Shown one piece after another: positions 8,434 through 18,200 of a stretch of DNA of 36,058 nucleotides. The stretch's first letter is position 1. The number at the start of each line of letters is the position of its first letter. Made by a program: the position numbers and the translations under genes. This stretch comes from a virus (Duplodnaviria; Caudoviricetes): IMG/VR virus record IMGVR_UViG_3300012894_000015, positions 1 through 36,058 of that record; one strand, given 5' to 3'. The notes beneath the pieces were generated by a model. It made no database searches, was not told the origin of the DNA, and was given only the letters and a program-made list of their open reading frames with translations.

Positions 8434-8838
8434 ATGACCATTTACAACCCGATCAAGATTGGCAAGGCGAAGTATGGCGGCCAGAAGTTCGACGATGGCA
8501 TCACCTTCACCATCACCAGCGGCGTACTCGGCGACGTGATGGCCGCTGGCGCCACGGCTGGCGCGGCCGGTACCGCCCTGATCTGCCCCTCCGGCGCTGA
8601 ACCGATCGGCGTGCTGGCAACCAAAGACGCCGACAACCTCGGCGCGGTGTACAGCTTCGAGAAGGTGGCTCTGGTCAAGTACAGCGGCACGCCCCTCTAC
8701 GGCGTGGTCGGCGTGCAGGGCGACGGCCTCGGCGGCGTGAACTTCGTGACCAGCGGCACGGCGGGCAGCCTGAAGCTGGTGTGCATCGGTATCGGGACCA
8801 TGAACGGCGTGAACGTCGCCGCCGTGGTCAGGCAGTAA
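8434..8838 (+). CDS. Head decoration/capsid cement protein
   Basis: Small Gly-rich beta protein between scaffold and capsid. GGAGG RBS. Confidence 0.65.
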   Translation: MTIYNPIKIGKAKYGGQKFDDGITFTITSGVLGDVMAAGATAGAAGTALICPSGAEPIGVLATKDADNLGAVYSFEKVALVKYSGTPLYGVVGVQGDGLGGVNFVTSGTAGSLKLVCIGIGTMNGVNVAAVVRQ

Positions 8839-8850
8839 AGGGAGACAAGC

Positions 8851-10083
8851 ATGATCAAATCCATCGCACAGATCACCGCCGGTATCCTCACCGACGCGGT
8901 TTCGGCCACTGCCAGCCACGGCTTCAGCTACGTCAACCTCAACACCCACCTGCTCAACATGGCGATCAACGGCGACTTCGAGGACGGCCTGATCCGCGAA
9001 GAGCTGCTGGCGGCCGGAATCAGCCCAGTGCGCCAGCTGATGGCGGGCGCAGGTATCCGCCTGGGCGGCATGAACGCCAGCAGCTGCGGGGTGTTCTTCA
9101 AGGGCAGCAAAGACTACGTGGCAGGCGCGGACGCCCTGCTGCCGATGTTTATGCAGGAGGTCTTCGAAGGCGCCCTCGGCCTGCCCGACTGGCGAGGCGA
9201 TGACCTGGCCTTCACCAGCCGCCCGGCGACCGGTGGTGATACCGTCTACCCGCTCGAGATCCGCTCGCAGATGGATCAGCGCCTGCCGCTGCCTGACCAG
9301 ACGCTGGCCGTCGAGGACCTGGTCAGCAGCACCTTCGGCATCGATTCCGATGGGTACAAGACGGCGAACATCCAGCAGAGCACTCGGGGCGACCAGAACG
9401 AGTTCGGGCGCGTGGCCGAGGGCGCAACGCTGCCGGTGTACACCATCGTCACCGCCGAGCGCACCGTGCGGGCGTTCAAGTACGGTGGCCGCACCACCTG
9501 GAGCTACGAGGCCGCGCGCCGCTGGAGAATCAACCAGCTCGTGCTGCTGCTGCAGGAGTGGGCCTACTCCGAGGACATCCGCCGGCGTAAGAACGCCTTG
9601 GACGTCGCAGTGAACGGGGACGGCAACGGCAACGGCATGATCGTCACCAGCACGGCCGCGACCAGCGGCACCATTCAGAGCCTCGACGAGTGGGCGCTGG
9701 ACGTGGCCTACAACAGCTCGCTCGGCCTGAACATGTTCGCTGGCGACAACGTGGAGACCAAGGCGGTGCGCGCGCTGCGCTACGTCAGCGGCGCCCAGGT
9801 GGTGCTCAACCCCGAGCAGCTGGCGATGTATGGCGGTCCCCGCTACCAGATGCCCGATGGCTCGCAGCTGAAGCTCGCGCCGAAGAACAGCATCCTGCAG
9901 GGTGCCAAGACGCTGCTGGGTTGGAACACCTCGCGCGGTCTGGAACAGGTGATCGAGAACGGCTCGCAGATCCAGGAGCAGGAGCGCGACATCAGCAACC
10001 AGACCAACCAGCTCACCATGAGCATCAACATCGCTTACGGCAAGCCCTGGGTGAACAGCTTCCAGGGCTTCGTGCACGCCTGA
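8851..10083 (+). CDS. Major capsid protein (HK97 fold)
   Basis: RVAEGATLP, KYGGRTTWSYEA and NGDGN motifs; size, position and strong codon bias. Confidence 0.9.
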   Translation: MIKSIAQITAGILTDAVSATASHGFSYVNLNTHLLNMAINGDFEDGLIREELLAAGISPVRQLMAGAGIRLGGMNASSCGVFFKGSKDYVAGADALLPMFMQEVFEGALGLPDWRGDDLAFTSRPATGGDTVYPLEIRSQMDQRLPLPDQTLAVEDLVSSTFGIDSDGYKTANIQQSTRGDQNEFGRVAEGATLPVYTIVTAERTVRAFKYGGRTTWSYEAARRWRINQLVLLLQEWAYSEDIRRRKNALDVAVNGDGNGNGMIVTSTAATSGTIQSLDEWALDVAYNSSLGLNMFAGDNVETKAVRALRYVSGAQVVLNPEQLAMYGGPRYQMPDGSQLKLAPKNSILQGAKTLLGWNTSRGLEQVIENGSQIQEQERDISNQTNQLTMSINIAYGKPWVNSFQGFVHA

Positions 10084-10085
10084 TC

Positions 10086-10304
10086 ATGCCGAAGCCTCAG
10101 ATCGGCAAGACCGTTCACGTGGTGCCCAAGAAGCTGCTTCCGGGTGAGCCGAAGGGCACCGTCTGGAAGGGCACCATCAGCGCTGTGGGAGAGAAGGGGC
10201 TGACCTTGATCTGCATCCACCCGGGCGTCGGGTTCACCCTGTACGACGTGCAAGAAGACCAGACCGGCGTGAAGCCGGGCACCTGGCACTGGCCGGAGGG
10301 CTGA
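10086..10304 (+). CDS. Small hypothetical protein (SH3-like beta pattern)
   Basis: ATG 2 nt after the capsid stop. MPKPQIGKTVHVV...PGTWHWPEG. Confidence 0.75.
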   Translation: MPKPQIGKTVHVVPKKLLPGEPKGTVWKGTISAVGEKGLTLICIHPGVGFTLYDVQEDQTGVKPGTWHWPEG

Positions 10305-10305
10305 C

Positions 10306-11220
10306 ATGGCGAAAATCGACACGGTGAAATCCATCGCCGAGAAGTTCGACCGCGATCCGCTAAATGTGGACGACTTCAACGCGCGCACGCTCGACGCGTT
10401 GCTGGCATGTGAGACGCCCGAGGCCTACGACACCATGCTGGTGAGTCTGCGAGGCGAGGATCCGGCGAAGCATCAGGATCCGGTGGACGCGCCGCCCGCT
10501 GAAGCGACCACCGAGGCGCCGGCTGCCGAGCCCACCCCCGAGGTGCCAGCCGCCGAGGTTGCCCCGACTGTCGAGGTGATCCCCGAGGTGCCACCTGCAG
10601 AACCACCACCTGCACCTGAACCCGACCCAGTCGAACCCCCGCCCGCCGAACAAGCGGGCGTTTCTGTTGCCGACGCTGTGGCAGACATCAAGGCCCAGGC
10701 GGAACAGGTCGCCGAGGCAGAGCCGGTCCTGTCCACCCTGCCTGGCTACGGTACGCCTGAGCCTGTCTTCGACGGCCCATTGAAGGAAGGCGACCCGGTG
10801 GTGTTCGTTGCTGAAGACGGCACCCACATGCCCGCGACCTTCGTGGCGTACCACGTCGAAGACGGCGTGCAGGGCGTCGTGGCCTCGCTGGACATCGGCC
10901 ACGCCTTTGTGGCCACTGGCTTCGCGCCCCTCGCGCAGGTGACGACGCCGGAAGCCGTGCTCGCCGCCCAGCCCTCTCAACCCCAGGAGAACGCCGTGAC
11001 CAAAACCGAGACGCCCGCACCGACCGACGAGACACCCGAGACCATCGAGGTCCGCGTCAACTACGAAGACGCCAAGCTGATGCTGGCCGAAGGCACCGCC
11101 TACATTCACCCAACCACGAAGCAGCTGATCAGCGGCTCCGATCTGGTGGAAGTGCCGGACGACGCCTGGACTCAGGAGCTGATCGGGAACCGTTACCTCA
11201 CCACCAAAGCCAAGCGGTAA
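10306..11220 (+). CDS. Acidic Pro/Glu/Ala-rich multidomain head-region protein
   Basis: GGAGG RBS, long low-complexity linker, possible internal start at 10996. Confidence 0.8.
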   Translation: MAKIDTVKSIAEKFDRDPLNVDDFNARTLDALLACETPEAYDTMLVSLRGEDPAKHQDPVDAPPAEATTEAPAAEPTPEVPAAEVAPTVEVIPEVPPAEPPPAPEPDPVEPPPAEQAGVSVADAVADIKAQAEQVAEAEPVLSTLPGYGTPEPVFDGPLKEGDPVVFVAEDGTHMPATFVAYHVEDGVQGVVASLDIGHAFVATGFAPLAQVTTPEAVLAAQPSQPQENAVTKTETPAPTDETPETIEVRVNYEDAKLMLAEGTAYIHPTTKQLISGSDLVEVPDDAWTQELIGNRYLTTKAKR

Positions 11221-11223
11221 GCC

Positions 11224-11625
11224 GTGGTCACGGTCACTCCGCAGGACGTGGCCGACTACGCGCCTGGCGCACCCTCGGTCACGCAGAAGCAGATCGATCA
11301 ATCGGGTGACTGGGCCGAGCTGCAGTTCCGCAAGGCCAAGGTGACGCCGCCCCCTGACAACACCACGCTGGAAGGTCGGGAGCTGGTGCGCGGTATCGCG
11401 GCACACGCGCTCGCTCAGTTGCCGCAGGCCGGGGCATTGGCGCTGGCCTCGAACGCTCGCCGGGTGGTGGCAATGAAAGACTCGGATGGCAGCGGTGTCA
11501 CCTTCGCCGAGCAGAAGGCCAGCGACCTCGTGACTGCTGGCGGCTCGCTGCTCAGTGCGGCTTACCGGCACCTCTACGCCGCGGGCCTGCCTCGCGCGCC
11601 GTTCAGTCCTGGGGCTGCCCGGTGA
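11224..11625 (+). CDS. Probable head-tail adaptor
   Basis: N-terminal VTPQDVADY pattern, size and position. Confidence 0.6.
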   Translation: MVTVTPQDVADYAPGAPSVTQKQIDQSGDWAELQFRKAKVTPPPDNTTLEGRELVRGIAAHALAQLPQAGALALASNARRVVAMKDSDGSGVTFAEQKASDLVTAGGSLLSAAYRHLYAAGLPRAPFSPGAAR

Positions 11626-12323
11626 CGCTGGCCGATGCCAGGGCACAGTTCCGCGCGGCCCTCAAGGGCAACGCGGACTTCTTCTATCCCACCTCCGGCA
11701 GCTGGAGCGACGGCACCAGCACCCGCTTCAAGGTCACCGACCCGAACGCGGGCAAAGAGGCGCGGCAGAACGTGCTCGATCAGGAACGGGCCAGCCTGCG
11801 CCTGGTCAAGTTCGAGCCAGACCAGCCGGTACCCGCTCAGGGTTCATCGTTCATCTGGGAGCGCGGTCAGCTGTACCTGGGGCCACCGACCGACACGCCG
11901 AATCTGTCTGGCGTGTTGACCTACACCTGCCGTCAGGTGGACGGCAGGTACTTCCCGCAGGTGCTGCAGCTCGCCAACGGCACGCAGTGGCTGGCCCGGA
12001 TCGAGGCGCTCAGTGCCCGGCCTGGGCAGGTTGAGAGCGGCAACGATTTGGTGAGTGTGCCTGGCAACAGCCACCGCCTGACTTTGCCGCCAGGTGTGCT
12101 GCTGGATCCGGGCACCGAGGTCACGACCTCGAACGCTGACCGGTACCTGGTGGTGCCGCCGGTGCAGCGCGGGGTACTGGGCGACGTGCTGGGTCTGAGC
12201 TGGCAGGGGCCGCCCCAGATCGGGATCGATCCCACGCCGGACCCAGTGCCGATGCCGGGCGCTCCGGTGGAGACACCGGGCAGTCCTGGCGATCCGTTCT
12301 GGCACGAGCCACACACGCTGTGA
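11622..12323 (+). CDS. Probable head-closure/neck protein
   Basis: Position after the adaptor, beta-rich, GTGA overlaps. Confidence 0.5.
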   Translation: MTLADARAQFRAALKGNADFFYPTSGSWSDGTSTRFKVTDPNAGKEARQNVLDQERASLRLVKFEPDQPVPAQGSSFIWERGQLYLGPPTDTPNLSGVLTYTCRQVDGRYFPQVLQLANGTQWLARIEALSARPGQVESGNDLVSVPGNSHRLTLPPGVLLDPGTEVTTSNADRYLVVPPVQRGVLGDVLGLSWQGPPQIGIDPTPDPVPMPGAPVETPGSPGDPFWHEPHTL

Positions 12324-12778
12324 TCGAGCTGAGCAGCACCGGCAGCATCGATGCGATGCTGGCCAGCCTCGATCGCCTGAACCCGCAGGTGATCAGCCAG
12401 CGACTGAACACCGTTTGGGCGAAGGATGCGGAGAAGAACCTGAAAGCCGCCTACCAGGACGGCCCAGGAGGCCGGTACTACACCAGCCGCACGGGCGGCA
12501 CGCGCAGCCGGATCCGGGCCTCAGCCGCGCCCAGTGGAGCCGAGCTGAGCGTCTCCGGGCCTGGGGTGCGGGCCAACGAGTACGGCGCGGTCATCAAGGC
12601 CGCTCCAGGGCGCTGGCTGACCTTCCGCTTGTACAACCCGACCGACACGTCGGAACGCACCGGCAACTGGGTGCGCGTCCGGCAGGTGACCTTGAAGGCT
12701 AAGCACGCGGTGCGTGACAGCGGTGACGAGGCCACCAGAGCACTACGAATCCACCTGCAGGAGGTGCTCAGAACTTGA
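12320..12778 (+). CDS. HK97 gp10-like tail completion protein
   Basis: RTGGTRSRI and NEYG motifs, typical of the family (RTG.LR.SI, E(Y/F)G). Confidence 0.7.
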   Translation: MIELSSTGSIDAMLASLDRLNPQVISQRLNTVWAKDAEKNLKAAYQDGPGGRYYTSRTGGTRSRIRASAAPSGAELSVSGPGVRANEYGAVIKAAPGRWLTFRLYNPTDTSERTGNWVRVRQVTLKAKHAVRDSGDEATRALRIHLQEVLRT

Positions 12779-13227
12779 AAGACGCCCGCGTGATTCTCGC
12801 TCTGCTGTATCAGCACATTCAGACCCAGGCCAAGATCCCAGGCCTGAAACCCCGGCCACTGCTGGCGCGGGAAGTCAAGGCGGGCAGCAGCGAGTTCACC
12901 GTGACCGGCGTGCGAACCGACCAGGGCGGTGGCATGGGCGCGGGTGGCCTGATCGTGCGGCGCATCTACAGCGGCTATGTCGCGGTGCACTACGCCCACG
13001 ATCTCAACCCCGGAGACCTGACGCCCGACGAGGCGCGGCTGAACGCGGCGCTTGAAGGCTTCCGGCTGAATCCGGCGGTACAGGTGCCGGGCTTCATCAG
13101 CTTCGGTGGCTTCGACACCGACTTCCGTCTGAATGAACTGCCCAGAGACGTGCAGCAGCCCGAGGTGCTGAGCATGTTTGCCGACTGGGATCTCACCCTC
13201 GACCTCGAAACAGGAGTGCACCCATGA
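12775..13227 (+). CDS. Probable tail terminator
   Basis: Size (150 aa) and position before the tail tube. Confidence 0.5.
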   Translation: MKDARVILALLYQHIQTQAKIPGLKPRPLLAREVKAGSSEFTVTGVRTDQGGGMGAGGLIVRRIYSGYVAVHYAHDLNPGDLTPDEARLNAALEGFRLNPAVQVPGFISFGGFDTDFRLNELPRDVQQPEVLSMFADWDLTLDLETGVHP

Positions 13228-13535
13228 CCCAAGTACAAGACCCCGCGCCTGAGCAGCAGCCTGAGGCGCACAGCCACTGGCACTACACCGGCCAGACGGA
13301 CGGCACCGTGATGCTCGACGGCACGCCAATTGCCAACGTCACCGAAGGTGAGACCCTCGCTGCCGAAGACGAGGTGCAGGCCGAGAAGCTGGCCCGATCC
13401 GGCCACTTCGAGCAGGTCGACGGGCCGGAGGTCAAGCTGCCGACCCCGCAGCCCGCCGCCGAGCCCGAGGTACTGAACACCCCGGCCGACACCCTCGCGT
13501 TCGACCATCCCACCGCGACTGGAGGCACTGAATGA
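13224..13535 (+). CDS. Small acidic hypothetical protein
   Basis: AGGAG RBS, ATGA overlaps. Confidence 0.7.
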   Translation: MTQVQDPAPEQQPEAHSHWHYTGQTDGTVMLDGTPIANVTEGETLAAEDEVQAEKLARSGHFEQVDGPEVKLPTPQPAAEPEVLNTPADTLAFDHPTATGGTE

Positions 13536-14494
13536 GCCAGCCCACCTTCACCCCGAACACCGCGCCGCTGAACGACGGGCGCGTCGATTGGCTGGCGCTC
13601 GGCCTTCAGGCTCAGCCCGGTACCGCCGTCGCTCCCACGCGCTTTCTGCGCCTGACTGGCATTACCGGCGTGCACCCTGACCAGCTCGAGCGCGTCGATA
13701 CCTACATGGCCGGCAGCCGCTTCGAGGGCCCGGCCCAGTACGCGGGCAGCGACCTCAAGATGACCTGGACCGGCGAGATTTCCAGCGCCGACCTCGACTT
13801 CCTGCTCGGCGCGATGTACAACGCGCCGGTGGCCGGCGTCATCACGCCCGGCGGTTCGACCCAGTGGGCGCCGTTCTTCCCCAGCCCCTGCGTCTGCGGT
13901 CAGGCCTTCGTGGCGACGGCCGGCACGCTCGAGTTCATGGACCTGCAGATCATGGACCTGACCATCACCGTGCCAGTCGACCGCACGAAGAACGCGACCT
14001 TTTCGGCCAGCGTGCAGGCCGCCAGCGGCACCTTCCACCCGCTGACCGAAACGGCGTTCGTCCCGGTGACGCCCGTGTTCCCGGCCTACCTGCAGACGCT
14101 GGGCCAGATCAACCAGGTGCTCACCCTGGGCACCGGCGGCACGGCCGTCAACCTGATCTCGGACAGTGACCTCACGGTGCACTTCATGAACCCGATGGAT
14201 CCGCTGCCGGCCTCGGGTGAGTTCATCCCCGGGTTCGCGCCCAGCACCAACCCAATCGGTGTCGAGATCACCGCGCGCTTCAACGGCACTCAGCAGACCC
14301 TGCTGGCCGCCAAGAAGAGCAAGGTGTTCCTCGACCTGACCTGGACGCTCGGCGCCAAGAAGGTGCCCATGCACGCCCAGATCACGGCCTACACCCTGCC
14401 TGTGGCTCCTGGTCGCGTGGTGACCGACGCGACCTTCCGAGCCCGCAGCCGTACGCCTGGCGAGGCCCCCTTCACCATTCTGGCCGCGTCCTGA
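13532..14494 (+). CDS. Major tail tube protein
   Basis: GGAGG RBS, 320 aa, beta/Thr-rich. LALGLQAQPGTAVAPT N-terminus resembles tail tube families. Precedes chaperone and tape measure. Confidence 0.75.
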   Translation: MSQPTFTPNTAPLNDGRVDWLALGLQAQPGTAVAPTRFLRLTGITGVHPDQLERVDTYMAGSRFEGPAQYAGSDLKMTWTGEISSADLDFLLGAMYNAPVAGVITPGGSTQWAPFFPSPCVCGQAFVATAGTLEFMDLQIMDLTITVPVDRTKNATFSASVQAASGTFHPLTETAFVPVTPVFPAYLQTLGQINQVLTLGTGGTAVNLISDSDLTVHFMNPMDPLPASGEFIPGFAPSTNPIGVEITARFNGTQQTLLAAKKSKVFLDLTWTLGAKKVPMHAQITAYTLPVAPGRVVTDATFRARSRTPGEAPFTILAAS

Positions 14495-14601
14495 TCTGAC
14501 CCTTCGCCCGCGCCCTGGGGAGAGTGGCTCGCCGAATCCCGGCGCTCCCCCAGGTCTTTGCCACCGCCGTGCGGGCCGGTGGCACCAACACAGAGGTTCA
14601 G

Positions 14602-15120
14602 ATGTCCAGCACGACGGCACAGTTTTTCAAGAGTCGCAACCTGAAGACCATCTGGCTGAAAGAACAGCTTGATGCTCACGGTGAGGTCGAGGTCGTTCAG
14701 GCTGCCGAGGGAGAGGGCGTCGCGTTCGTGATCAAGCGCGTCCGAGGGTCACAGATCGGCGACCAGGCCATGCAGGCGCTGCTCGGCGAAGACGAGTTCG
14801 TGCGGTACGCGAACTGGTATGCCAAGCAAGGGTCAGACGCTCTGGCTGCAGCACAGGCCGAGAAGGCTCAGGCCGGCGAGGGTGCGCCTTTCGATGACAG
14901 CTTGCCGCCCAGCGAAGATTTCACGGCGCACATGTTGGCGCTGAACAAAGTCATGCGGCGCGCCGTGCTGCGAGAGGGGATGAGTGACCCCGAATACGTC
15001 GAGGTCGGTTCGGCCCTGGGGCTGTACGAGGAGCCGATCTACAACGCCATCCGGCTCTTTGGGCGTGAAGTGGCGGGTGCGTCACCGGACTCATCGAGCG
15101 CCAGCTCCGCGCCGCCCTGA
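14602..15120 (+). CDS. Tail assembly chaperone (gpG-like)
   Basis: GAGG RBS, ATG at 14602, sits between tube and tape measure. Confidence 0.7.
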   Translation: MSSTTAQFFKSRNLKTIWLKEQLDAHGEVEVVQAAEGEGVAFVIKRVRGSQIGDQAMQALLGEDEFVRYANWYAKQGSDALAAAQAEKAQAGEGAPFDDSLPPSEDFTAHMLALNKVMRRAVLREGMSDPEYVEVGSALGLYEEPIYNAIRLFGREVAGASPDSSSASSAPP

Positions 15121-15278
15121 TCTGGCACGGCATGAGTAAAGGGCGGTACCCGAGTCTGGGCGAGCTGCTGCGGCAACCGGTCGAGGACATCTGCTTCCAG
15201 GTGGCCCTGTGGACGTTCGCGCAGGGCCGAGAGAGCTTCCGAGAGGCCTACGACATCGGGCAACGCGAGAACAAGTAA
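15069..15278 (+). CDS. gpT-like ORF in the -1 frame (frameshift product, or independent start at ATG 15132)
   Basis: Frame is open from 15069 to TAA at 15278: ...LIERQLRAALIWHGMSKGRYPSLGELL...ENK. It fills the gap to the tape measure RBS. Confidence 0.6.
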   Translation, partial: SGGCVTGLIERQLRAALIWHGMSKGRYPSLGELLRQPVEDICFQVALWTFAQGRESFREAYDIGQRENK

Positions 15279-15294
15279 CACCGGGGAGGTGTTC

Positions 15295-18200
15295 GTGGCA
15301 GACCAGACCGTTTCCTATCTCTTGCAGGCGAAAACCCAGGGTCTGTCCGACCTCCAGTTGTTCCGGAATGAGCTGGCCCAGCTCAAGCAGATCGCCAGCG
15401 GCTTCAAGGCCGACGTGGGCTTCGGTCAGCAGCAGGTCGCCAGCATGAAGGCGGCAACTCAGGCCGTCACCGAGCAGATCAAAGCTGTGACCCAGCTGAC
15501 GGCCGCGCTGCGTGCTCAGGGCCGGATGAACACCATCACCATCAAGGTCGAGGGGACCCAGAAGGCGATCAACGATGTCGGCACCCTGCGTACCATCCTA
15601 GGGGCGCTCCAGACCTCGACGAACATCCGAATCACCACCGATGTCACGGCGCTGCAGGCGGTCAACACGCAGATCAATACGCAGATCGCGCAGTTGACGG
15701 CGTTGATCGCCCAACTCCGCGGCCTCGGCGGCGGCGGGCCCGGGCCTGGTCCCGGTGGCGCAGGCGGCCTTCCTGCAGGTGTGCGGGCGACCATCCTTGA
15801 GATTGAGCGTCTGAACAACCTGTTCACCCGTGGGCAGATCAGCGGTCAGAACTACAGCATGGCCCTCACTGCAATGCAGGGCCGCCTCGAAGCGGCGCGG
15901 TCTGCGGCCGGTCGTGGCAGCGAGGACTTCGCCGCCATCGACAAGCAGATCACCAAGCTGACCCAGAGCCTGCGCGGCATCAACACCGATAGTCTGCAGA
16001 AAGTCCGCACCGACATGGCCGGCGTGCGTACCGCCTTCGACTCGGCCACCGCCGGCATCAGCCGTGACTCTCAGCAGTTTCGGGACGCGGCAGCTGTCTA
16101 CCAGACCGGTGCAGCACAGATCGAGGCGCGGCTGCGCGCCATGGCGGCCCAGGGCAACCTGACGGCCTCCCAGATGGGGCAGGTCAACCGGATGCTGGGC
16201 ACGCTGGCCCGTGAGCAGGGCACCCTGACCGGCGGCCTGAATCCGATGGGGCTCAGCGGCAACGTCTTCAACGCACTGCGGGCGGCCTTCCCAATCATTC
16301 AGCAGATGGGCGGCAGTCTCGGCGCGGCGGCCAGCCAGGGCGGCATGCTGGCCCAGGGGTTCGGCAGTGCTGGTGCTGCGGCCGGTGTGATGGGTGTGGC
16401 CGTCCTCGGCGCCACTGCCGCAGTCGCAGGTATCGGCCTAGTGGCCATGAACACCACCAAGGTCTTTGCCAGTTTTGAGCACTCCATGCAGGGCGTGAAG
16501 GCAGTTTCAGACACCAGCGGCAAGACCTTCGATGCGCTCAAAGGGCAGGCCTTGACGCTGGCCCAGACCTTCGGTGTGAGCCTGGAAACCATCGCGCAAG
16601 CCCAGGAAGAGCTGTTCAAAGCAGGCCGCACCACCGAGGACGTGATGGGTGGCGCGGCGCGTGGCGTGATCGTGCTGAGCAAGGCCACGGGTACCGACCT
16701 GCTGAATGCTGTGAGCATCGCCAGCAGCGCCATGAACGTGTTTGGGCTCAAGGGCACCGATATGGGCATGGTGGCCGACGTGATCGCCAACGGCGCCAAC
16801 AAGACGGCGCTTGACGTGAATACCCTCGGCGTCTCTCTGCAACAGGTCGGTAATGTGGCCGCCAGCAGTGGTCTGAACCTTCAGGAAACGGTGGCAGTGC
16901 TCGGCATGATGGCCGACAAGGGCATGGCCGGCTCCGACGCTGGTACCAGCTTGAAGACGATGCTCCAGCGGCTCAAGAGCCCGACCGACGAGGCCAACGC
17001 GGCCCTGCTCAAGCACGGTGTGGCGGTCTACGACGCGACCGGCAAGCAGCGTGACATGATCGACATCCTCAAAGACACCATCGGTTCGATGAACGGGATG
17101 ACCGACTCGCAGCGCAACGCCTTTGCCCAGACGGTCTTTGGTGCCGACGCGGTGCGGTCGATCACGGTCATGTATTCGAATGGCGCGGTCAAGCTCGACG
17201 AGTACATCAAGAACGTAGACGAGAAGGGCCGCGCCGAGCGAGACGCCAAAACCCGCGCCGAGGGCCTGACCGGCTCGCAAGAGAAGCTGAACGCCTCCAT
17301 GCAGGTGTTCAAGACCAGCGTGGGCGAGCTGTTCAGCGGGCCGATGCTGAACGCGATCAACAACATGGAGCGCCTGGTCGTCAGTGCGACGCGCATCATC
17401 GACAATCTGCACGGGGCAAATGTCGAGCTGCAGGAATGGGGCCAGCAGGTCGGCATCGATGTGTCCAGACTGAGCGCGGCGGATCAGAACAAGGCGCAGA
17501 TCGACTTGGTGCAGTTGCAGGGGAACATCAGCGTCGAGCAGCGCAGAATCTACATGCAGGAGCTGGAGAAGTTCCGCCTCTCTGCCGTGCAGACCCAGGG
17601 TGGCGGCACTTTCAGTGGCAGTGGCCCTCTCCTGCCAGGACAGACGCGAGGTGCAGCAGCTGACGCAGCAGGCCTGCGGATTCTGGACGCCACGACAACA
17701 GCCACTGGGAACCATGCGGCCGATGACCTGATCGGCTGGTGTGCACGCTGGGTCAAGCTCACGCTGGAGAAGGCTCAGCCGGGCGCCAAGGCACAGATTG
17801 AGCGCTGGTTCGGTGGAGATGCCGATACCGTCAAGAACCGCCTGCTCGCCAGCGAGAAGCTGCAGAAGTACAGCGGCAACGTGAACGACCTGGCTCCCGG
17901 CGACGTCGTGGTGTATGACAAGAACCACATCGGCATCTACATCGGCAACGGGATGGTGCGCGGAAACAACGAGTGGGGCGGCAAAAACGGCGCGGCTATC
18001 ACGGACGAAAAGATCAATTCTCTCGGCTCGATTGCCGGCATCGTCAAGGCGATCGACGCGGCCTCTGGCTTCACCGCCCGTGCACAAAAGGGCGGCGCCA
18101 CCGACCTCACGCCACCCGTTCTGCCGATCACCGACAAGCAGATCGCCCAGGCCCAGAAATACGCGGCAGCTCTGGAAGCCGCTCAAAAGGCATTCAAGGC

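Noticed and set aside
7021-10077. 1018-aa minus-strand ORF
   Set aside because: Antisense shadow of the protease, decoration and capsid genes, caused by GC-rich codon bias. No RBS or motifs.
9690-10304. Capsid C-terminal extension by -1 frameshift into the next ORF
   Set aside because: The frame is open, but no slippery site is visible and the small gene has its own ATG at 10086.
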